Assembly (NCBI GenBank): GCA_009914755.4
Contig: CP086569.2
Location: 20,064,001-20,128,000, forward strand
Length of the DNA stretch: 64,000 bases
Source: the human T2T-CHM13v2.0 reference genome, Homo sapiens
Reading direction: 5' to 3'
Shown here: positions 52,525-64,000 of the stretch, one piece after another
Layout of the letters: every line of letters begins with the position of its first letter
Numbering within the stretch: position 1 is the first letter of the stretch
Made by a program: the position numbers and the translations under genes
Notes under the pieces: model-generated
Told to the model about the DNA's origin: nothing
What the model saw: only the letters and a program-made list of their open reading frames with translations
The model's database searches: none

Positions 52525-52925
52525 TCAATATTCCATTGTCTAATGCAACATGGTCAGTTTGTCCGTTCACCTATTAAAGGACATCTTGCCTCCAACTTTT
52601 CATAATTATAAATAAGCTGTTGTAAATATCCATGTGCAAGTTTTTGTGTAGATGCAAGTTTCAACTCTTTTGGGTAACTATCAAGGAAACTGATTGCTAG
52701 ATCATATGCCAAAGGTATATTTAGTTTTGCAAGAAACTGCCAAACTGTCTTCCAAAGTGACAGCACCATTTTGCATTCCCACCAGCCATAAATGGGCATT
52801 CTTGTTTCTTCATGACCTCACCAGCACTTGGTGGTGTCAGTGTTCTGGCATTTGGTCATTCTCCCTGACTACCAATGAAGCTGGACAGCTTTCATTTGTT
52901 TATTTTTAATTTATATTTCCTCTTC
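52525..52925 (-). mobile_element. Ancient LINE-1 (L1M-type) ORF2 C-terminal fragment, antisense
   Basis: The minus-strand ORF 52554-52799 reads …CKMVLSLWKTVWQFLAKLNIPLAYDLAISFLDSYPKELKLASTQKLAHGYL…, which matches the L1M ORF2p C-terminus (…[37 protein letters not shown]…). Confidence 0.6.
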
Positions 52926-52944
52926 TGAATACTTCTCCTTGAAT

Positions 52945-53262
52945 TGTTCTTGTTTTTTTCTTTTTTTCTTTTTGTTTTGTTTTTTGAGACAGGTCTCACT
53001 CTATTGCCCAGACTGGAATTCCTTCGTGTGTTCATAGCTCATTGCAGCCTTGACTTCCCGAGCCCAAGTGATCCTCCCACCTCAGCCTTCCAAGTAGCTG
53101 GGACTACAGGTACATGCCACCACACCCAGCTAATTTTTGTATTTTTGTAGAGATGGGGCCTCACTCTGTTGCCCAGGCTGGTTTCAAACGCCTGCACTCA
53201 GGCAAACCAGCCACCTCAGCCTCCAAAATTTCTGGGATTACAGGAGTGAGCAACCATGTCCC
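52945..53262 (-). mobile_element. Alu SINE, antisense
   Basis: ttttttgagacaggtctcactctattgcccagactgg… …ctaatttttgtatttttgtagagatggggcctcactctgttgcccaggctgg… …gggattacaggagtgagcaaccatgtcccacc. Confidence 0.85.
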
Positions 53263-53269
53263 ACCTGTT

Positions 53270-53950
53270 CCTGACTTTAAAGAGACCACTTTTAATATTC
53301 CACTCTTTATTATGTCATGCATTTTTCTGCAGAAAGCTTTTATCAGATTAAGGAAGTTTGTATTTATTCCTAGTTTGTTATATCCTGAATGGGTGTTCAA
53401 TTTTATCACAGCTGCTTTCTGCATCAATTGATATGAGAAATATTTTGTTTTTATTTGCTTTTTTCTCCTTTAATCTGTAAACATTTAAAGTACAATTATA
53501 GATTTGTCTATTGTTGAAACTTGCTGACATTTGTACCCCACAAAGGGTACATAGAGAGATTGGTCTATAATTTCTTTTCCCATGCTATATTTTTTGAGTT
53601 TGTTGAGTTTGAATATCAAAATATCCTTGGCCTCAAAATACATTGCAGATGTTGCTTCTTTTTCTGTTGTATGAAGGAGTTTAGGTAATACATGAATTTT
53701 CTTCTTCCTAATAATACAAGCTAGGTCTAGCATTCTCTTGGTGAGAAGCTTTTTAACCACTCACTCAATGTATTACATTGCTACAATACCATTTTGGTAG
53801 TCTATATTTACTTGAGTCAGTTTGGGTAAAACATACTGTTCCATGAATGTGTCCATTGTGTCTAAAGTTTTTAAATACACTGGAATAATTATTCCTACTA
53901 TCATCTTATTTTCCTTATAAACTCAGCTACATCCAGAGTTATATTCCTTT
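53270..53950 (-). mobile_element. Probable ancient LINE fragment, antisense (tentative)
   Basis: Minus-strand translation (ORF 53485-53760 …KDILIFKLNKLKKYSMGKEIIDQSLYV…) weakly resembles old L1 ORF2. There is no clean boundary. Confidence 0.3.
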
Positions 53951-54640
53951 TTTCTTCTTAATATTATTTATTGGCATATGCTGTTTATTTTTATTTGCAA
54001 TCTTAGCAGATTTTATTAATTCTATTATTTTTATTGTCATTTATTTTTAATGTTACTACAAATTAAAATTTGATTTAAAGTAAAATGAAGTTTATTAAAT
54101 GTTAATTAAAATAAAATTAAACTAATTTAAGCTATTGCATTATTTTAATTTGATTTTTATTATATTATTATTACTTATCAATTTTATGTTACAAAAACTT
54201 CCACTTACACCAAAATCCAAGGATGTTCAAGGCCCTTATATAAAATCATGCTATGAAATGTTTATGTTATAAAATGTTATCTAATAACATTTACTAATAA
54301 CTAATAAAATAACAAAAAATTAAAGTGATAAAAATAAATTTTAACTAATTTTATTTAAATTAACAGTTAAAGTAAGCAATTAAGTGTTTAAATGCATTTT
54401 TACCCCTTAAAAAACAATTCTACTGAAATTACCTTAGTAAAATTAAATAATTTTTTAACTTTGTCTATTTTGATCTCTCTTTTATTTTCTCCTCTAATTT
54501 AGTGAATTCTACTGTTTTTGTTTTATTTTCTTCTACTCTTTCTTGTTATTCTTCATTTCTTTTCTAACTTCTTGAGTGGGATGCTTAGTGTATTTTTCTG
54601 TGCTGTTTATTTTCCTTTAGGTAAGAGAATTAAAGTTTGA
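53950..54640. repeat. Extremely AT-rich low-complexity block of about 0.7 kb
   Basis: Seen directly (…aaattaaaatttgatttaaagtaaaatgaagtttattaaatgttaattaaaataaaattaaac…). Confidence 0.6.
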
Positions 54641-55599
54641 AAGGCACATCAATGACACATCAGTTGCATTCCATCGCTTCTGAGCTGTGCATCTGAGTTC
54701 CAAGGAGTCATGAAAGCAGCTTGAAAATGTTTTCTTCCGGAACCAAAAGTGTCTGTGTCAATACAATGGTAGGTGGGTATAAAAGAGAAAACCTCCACAT
54801 GGGAAGCCCACTCTGTTCTCCTCCACTCTCTGCAGGTGAATTTGGAAAGAAGAACTGACATTCTGAATACTTTTCAGAAAGTATCCAGGCACTGGAGAGC
54901 TGGAAGCAAGAAGAAGATGCCATCGGATCCTAAACAGGGAATCCAGTAATTTGTTGAAAATGAAAACAGTCTGGGGGAAGTGTGTCCCTTCAACTTTGTA
55001 CTCAAAGTATCTCCAACCACATGGCAAAATTACCTAACTTGGCACAAATAAATCCCATGTGGGAAGAAGACAGTCCCAAGGGGCAGAAGTCATCAGGCCT
55101 GCATTTTTGCACATGGTTTAGACTAATCTCTGACAATTCCCCTTGCATCCCAGGCACCTCTGGGCAGAGGATTGGGTGCATGGCTTAAGCAGGCTTGGAA
55201 GAACAGGGGACTAGGGCAAAGAGGCCTGGGGAAGGGGCCTGGGTGGAGTGCACTGAGTCAAAGATGGTAACTTGGCCTGTTCTCCCTGAAGGAGAGGAGT
55301 GAGGAGGATCTTCTCAGCCTGAGTACACACCTGTTTTGTCTTTTAGGCCAAAGAAAGGACCTCAATAGCCTCAGGGAGTTGGTTCTAGGACTTCCACTAA
55401 TACCAGAATCCAAGAATGCTCAAGTACCTTATGTAAAATGATGCAACATTTCCATACCACCTAAGCATGTCCTCCCATACACTTTAAACCATCTACCATC
55501 ACTACTTTACTTAATACAGTGTTACTGTTATAAAAATTGTTGATAAACAGTATCTTTTTTTGTTTGCTTGTTTAGACACAGGTTCTCACTGTCACTGAG

Positions 55600-55907
55600 G
55601 CTGGAGTGCAGTAGCACCATCAAAGAGAGAGGTGAAGCCAGATGGGCTTCCTGGGTCAAGTGGGAATTGAAGACACAAATAAGGGAATAAAAGTTAGCCA
55701 CCCCAGCCAGCAGTGGCAACCCACTTTGGTCCCCTTCCACGATGTCGAAGCGTTATTCTTTCACTCCTCACAGTAAATTTTGCTGTGGCTCACTCTTTGA
55801 GTCTGTGCCATCTTTAAGAACTCTAACACTCACTGCAAAGGTCCGCAGCTCCATTCTTGAAGTCAGCGAGACCATGAACCCACTGGAAGGAACAAACTGT
55901 TGACACA
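55600..55907 (+). mobile_element. LTR12/ERV9-like LTR 3' portion (fragment)
   Basis: …gccaccccagccagcagtggcaacccactttggtccccttccac… …aactctaacactcactgcaaaggtccgcagctccattcttgaagtcagcgagaccatgaacccac…ttgacaca. This closely matches the LTR12 terminal repeat unit (gctgtaacactcaccgcgaaggtccgcggcttcattcttgaagtcagtgagaccaagaacccacc). The CpGs have decayed to CpA/TpG. Confidence 0.45.
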
Positions 55908-56689
55908 TCTTGGAGACCAGAAAGGGACTATGACCAAGCGGTGAGTACCATTTGACCCCTTTCAATTGCTATTCTGTCCTATTTTTCCTTAGAATTTGGG
56001 GGTTAAAATTCAGGCACTATCAGCCAGTTAAAAGGAATTAGCTTGGCCACCAGACTAAAGACACGGGTGTCAGGCTTTCTGGGAAAAGGCTCTTTTACAA
56101 CTCCCGAGTCTTCAGAGTTGGGAGTGTTAGTTTGCCTGGAACCAGCTTCCCATTTTCTTGCATTTCCAGGCTGAGCCAAGGGTTGACAGAGAGGAAAGCC
56201 ATTCAGTTCCAGGGTACTGACAAAAAGTTCGTTGACCCCGTAGCCATGAGCAGATCTCTCAAAGTCATGTCACCCAAGCAAGACTCACCCAACTATCCTA
56301 TCTATCCTGACTCTTGCCTCCTGGGTCCTAACGCCTGTAAGATACACTTCCTCACACCTCTCTTCTCCGAGGCTAGTCCTACTTCTAAAAACCACTCCCT
56401 GTCATTGGTGCTTTTCTAGTTTCTCCTATATGAATGATTTCTGTTATAAATTTCTTTTTTTATTATATTATTATTTTACTTTAAGTTTTAGGGTACATGT
56501 GCACAATGTGCAGGTTAGTTACATATGTATACATGTGCCATGCTGGTGTGCTGCACCCATTAGCTCGTCATTTAGCATTAGGTATATCTCCTAAAGCTAT
56601 CCCTCCCTCCTCCACCCACCCCACAACAGTCCCCAGAGTGTGATGTTCCCCTTCCTGTGTCCATGTGATCTCATTGTTCAATTCCCACC

Positions 56690-60512
<3,823 letters not shown>

Positions 60513-60529
60513 GGTTATTTTGCTCTTTA

Positions 60530-61564
60530 GTTGATGCAGTTTCTTCCTAGCCTCGATGGTCTTTACAACTTGGCATGATTTTGCAGTGGCTGGTACCACT
60601 TGTTCCTTTCCATGTTTAGCGCTTCCTTCAGGAGCTCTTTTAGGGCAGGCCTGGTGGTGACAAAATCTCTCAGCATTTGCTTGTCTGTAAAGTATTTTAT
60701 TTCTCCTTCACTTATAAAGCTTAGTTTGGCTGGATATGAAATTCTGGATTGAAAATTCTTTTCTTTATAAATGTTGAATATTGGCCCCCACTCTCTTCTG
60801 GCTTGTAGAGTTTCTGCCGAGAGATCCTCTGTTAATCTGATGGGCTTCCCTTTGTTGGTAACCCAACCTTCCTCTCTTGCTGCCCTTAACAATTTTTCCT
60901 TCATTTCAACTTTGGTGAATCTGACAGTTATGTGTCTTGGAGTTGCTCTTCTCAAGGATTATCTTTGTGATGTTCTTTGTATTTCCTGAATCTGAATGTT
61001 GGCCTGCCTTGCTAGATTGGGGAAGTTCTCCTGGATAATATCCTGCAGAGTGTTTTCTAACTTGTTTCCATTCTCTCCATCACTTTCAGGCACACCAATC
61101 AGACATAGATTTGGTCTTTTCACATAGCCTCATATTTCTTGGAGGCTTTGTTCATTTCTTTTTATTCTTTTTTCTCTAAGCTTCCCTTCTTGCTTCATTT
61201 CATTCATTTCATCTTCCATCATGATACCCTTTCTTCCAGTTGATCACATCAGCTCCTGAGGCTTCTGCATTCTTCACATAGTTCTCGAGCCTTGGCTTTC
61301 AGCTCCATCAGCTTAAGCACTTTGTTGTGTTGGTTATTCTAGTTATGCATTCGTCTATATTTTTTTCAAAGTTTTCAACTTCTTTGCCTTTGGTTTGAAT
61401 TTCCTCCTGTAATTCAGAGTAGTTTGATGGTCTGAAGACTTCTCCTCTCAACTCGTCAAAGTCATTCTCCATCCAGCTTTGTTCCATTGCTGGTGAGGAG
61501 CTGTGTTCTTTGGAGGGGGAGAGGCACTCTGCTTTTTAGAGTTTCCAGGTTTTCTGCTCTGTTT
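60530..61564 (-). pseudogene. L1 ORF1 remnant
   Basis: ORF 60563-60955 (…MRRATPRHITVRFTKVEMKEKLLRAAREEGWVT…KQMLRDFVTTRPALKELLKEALNMERNKWYQPLQNHAKL) is the ORF1p C-terminal half. The reverse complement of the ATG (ccccat) lies at about 61559-61564. Confidence 0.7.
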
Positions 61565-61722
61565 TTTCCCCATCTTTGTGGTTTTATCTATTTTTGGTCT
61601 TTGATGATGGTGATGTACAGATGGGCTTTTTGTGTGGATGTCCTTTCTGTTTGTTAGTTTTCCTTCTACCACACAGTACCCTCAGCTGCAAGTCTTTTGG
61701 AGTTTGCTAGAGGTGCACTCCA

Positions 61723-61955
61723 TCTGTTGATTGGAATAGTTTCAGAAGGAATGGTACCAGTTCCTCCTTGTACTTCTGGTAGAATTTGGCTGTGAATCCA
61801 TCTGGTCCTGGACTCATTTTGGTTGGTAAGCTATTGATTATTGCCACAATTTCAGAGTCTGTTATTGGTCTATTCAGAGATTCACCTTCTGTCTGGTTTA
61901 GTCTTGAGAGGGTGTATGTGTCGAGGAATTTATCTGCCTCCAATAAGTCAAATAT
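61723..61955 (-). mobile_element. Extra 233-bp L1 ORF2 fragment in the same (antisense) orientation, abutting the truncated 5' end of the preceding L1
   Basis: Near-duplicate of 59010-59230 (attgattggaatagtttcagaaggaatggtaccagttcctccttgtacttctggtagaatt…). ORF 61707-61943 reads …[49 protein letters not shown]. Confidence 0.7.
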
Positions 61956-61974
61956 CTAGGCCTAATCTTAGCCA

Positions 61975-62180
61975 GAGGAACCAGGATCTAATTAAACTCA
62001 AGAGCTTCTGCACAGCAATAGAAACTACCACCAGATGCCACAGAAATACAAACTACCATCAGAGAATACTACAAACACCTCTATGCAAATAAACTAGAAA
62101 ATCTAGAAGAAATGGATAAATTCACTATCACCAGAGTGAACAGGCATCCTACAAAATGGGAGAAAATTTTCACACCTCCC
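61975..62180 (+). mobile_element. Mosaic of short sense-strand L1 ORF2 fragments
   Basis: Three joined pieces: (1) ctaattaaactcaagagcttctgcacagcaatagaaactacc ([11 protein letters not shown]); (2) …atacaaactaccatcagagaatactacaaacacctctatgcaaataaactagaaaatctagaagaaatggataaattc ([27 protein letters not shown]); (3) actatcaccagagtgaacaggcatcctacaaaatgggagaaaattttcac ([15 protein letters not shown]). Confidence 0.5.
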
Positions 62181-64000
62181 AGGGCCCTCAGCAAGGAATG
62201 AATACAGCCTATACTGGCTTATCCTAGCCCCAAGACATTAAAACAGTTGCAAGTGTTCCTTCGAATCACGGGCTTTTGCCAACTATGGATCCATAAATAC
62301 AGTGAGATGGCCAGGCCCCTCTACTCTAACCAAGGAGACTCAGAGGGCAAATACTCATCTAGTAGAATGGGAACCAGAGGCAGAAACAGCCTTCAAAACC
62401 TTAAAGCAGTCCCTAGTACAAACTCCAGGCTTAAGACTTCCAACAGGAAAAAACTTCTCTTTATACATCACAGAGAGAGCAGGAATAGCTCTTGCAGTAC
62501 TTTCTCAGACTTGTGGGACAATCCCACAACCAGTGGCATACCTAAGTAAGGAAATTGATATAGTAGCAAAAACCTGGCCTCACTGTTTATGGGTATTTGT
62601 GGCGGTGGCTGTCTTAGTGTCAGAGGCTACCAAAATAATAACAAGGAAAAGATCTCACTGTCTGGACTACTCATGATGTAAATGCCATACTAGGTGCCAA
62701 GGTAGTTTATGGCTATCTGACAACCACCTGCTTAGATAACAGGCACTACTCTTTGAGGGACTTGTGCTTCAGATATGCACATGTGTGTCCCTTAACCCTG
62801 CCACTTTTCTCCCAGAGGATGGAGAATCAATCGAGTATGACTGCCAACAAATTATAGTCCAGATTTATGCCACCCAAGATCCTCTCTTAGAAGTCCCCTT
62901 AGTCAATCCTGACCTTAACCTATATACCAATGGAAGTTCATTTGTGGAGAATGGGATACAAAGGCAGGTTATGCCATAGTAATGTAACAGTACTTGAAAG
63001 TAAGCCTCTTCCCCCAGGGATGAACTCCCAGTTAGCAGAACTAGTGGCACTAACCTGAGCCTTATTATTGGGAAAGCAAAAAAGAATAAATGTGTATACA
63101 GATAGAGAGCAAGTATGCTTATCTAATCCTACATGCCCATGCTGCAATATGAAAAGAAAGGGCGTTCTTAACCTCTGAGGGAACCCCCATTAAGTACCAC
63201 AAGGGAATCATGGAGTTATTGCACACAGTACAAAAACCCAAGGAAGTGGCTCTCTTACACTGCTGAAGCCATCAAAAAGGGGAAGGAGAGGGGAGAAGAG
63301 CAGCATAAGCAGCTGGCAGAGTCAGGGAAAGACCAGCAGAGAAGAAAGAAAGAGAGAAAGAGAGAGATGGAATTAGTAAGGAAAAAACAGCATACCCAAT
63401 TTATTTAAAAGCCAGGGTAAATTTAAAACCTATAATTGATAATTGAAGGTCTTCTCTGTAATCCTATAACACTCTAGTGCCACCTTGTTGTCAGTGTAAA
63501 CAAGGGTGCAGCCCAAAAGCACTGTGGCCATTGACAACCAATAGCTTTCCTATCAAAAATCCTTAACGCAGCATGTTTCCTAACCCAGGCTCTACATATT
63601 AATTAATTACCATACAAAGGTCTGACCAGACCTAGGAGGTGCTCCTTTCAGGACAGGAGGATAGATGGTTCCTCCTGGACTATTTAGGGAAAATGACACT
63701 ATGTATATTGAGTAAGTGATAAGGAAACTCTTTTAGAAGCAGAGTTAGGAAAATTGCCTAATAATTGATCTGCTCAAACGTGAGAGCTGTTTGCACTCAG
63801 CCAAACCTTAACATACATACAGAATCAGGGAAGAGACATCTATACCAATTCTAAGTTAATATGGACTGAATGAGGTCTTATTAATAGCAAAGAATAATTG
63901 AAATCTCACACTTACAAGGTTTTCAACAAAAGTAAAGTTTGCTAAAAGTTAACAGCGTAACATGTATTATCCTAACATAATCTTATGGAAATCAGACCCT
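62180..64000 (+). mobile_element. Second class I ERV internal fragment. It contains an RT C-terminus, connection, a complete RNase H, then a restart at a gag-NC-like/connection/RNase H segment, and runs off the window end.
   Basis: ORF 62247-62676 and neighbouring frames give LKQLQVFLRITGFCQLWIHKYSEMARPLY…PVAYLSKEIDIVAKTWPHCLWVFVAVAVLV… (MLV: [26 protein letters not shown]…[29 protein letters not shown]). RNase H reads LYTNGSSFVENG…VYTD…LLHC.SHQKG. After about 63400 a second segment reads LVVSVNKGAAQKH…IAFLSKILNAACFLTQALHI…RIDGSSWTI…AQT.ELFALSQTL…IYTNSKLIW. That second segment is homologous to 14540-14996 and 21157-21300 of the first ERV. Confidence 0.7.

Overview
This window is primate (human-like) nuclear genomic DNA, not a prokaryotic locus. 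It is an interspersed-repeat-dense intergenic or intronic stretch with no supportable host protein-coding exon, rRNA, tRNA or CRISPR array. Every sizeable ORF in the six-frame track translates to LINE-1 ORF1p/ORF2p, retroviral Pol/Env, Alu antisense, or microsatellite periodicity.

Main content:
- Four large LINE-1 copies: three full-length but dead (551-6662 +, 14997-21156 +, 27650-33755 -) and one younger 5'-truncated copy (56455-61722 -) that retains a 292-aa RT ORF.
- Several older L1 3'-end fragments.
- About 30 Alu copies or fragments in both orientations.
- MaLR LTRs (THE1/MST-like and MLT1-like) and an LTR12/ERV9-like LTR fragment.
- A class I (gammaretrovirus-like) ERV provirus (12212-25003, LTR-gag-pol-env-LTR) carrying a protease/RT deletion and interrupted by a full-length L1.
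- A second partial copy of a related ERV pol running off the window end (62180-64000).
- Microsatellites: (TA)n, (ATGTT)n, (CA)n, (CAAA)n, CT-rich tracts, and two large opposite-strand GGAT/ATCC tetranucleotide arrays.

I found no evidence of a new biological system. The most interesting structural points are:
- both ERV copies share a gag-NC to RT-connection deletion junction;
- RNase H appears duplicated in the second ERV copy;
- a roughly 90-bp diverged direct repeat flanks the L1 inside the provirus;
- a TSD-flanked chimeric retro-insertion sits in an old L1 tail;
- a roughly 340-bp inverted duplication has an approximately 600-bp spacer.

All family assignments are from reading the sequence against remembered consensus features. 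Coordinates of repeat ends are approximate (about +/-10 bp).
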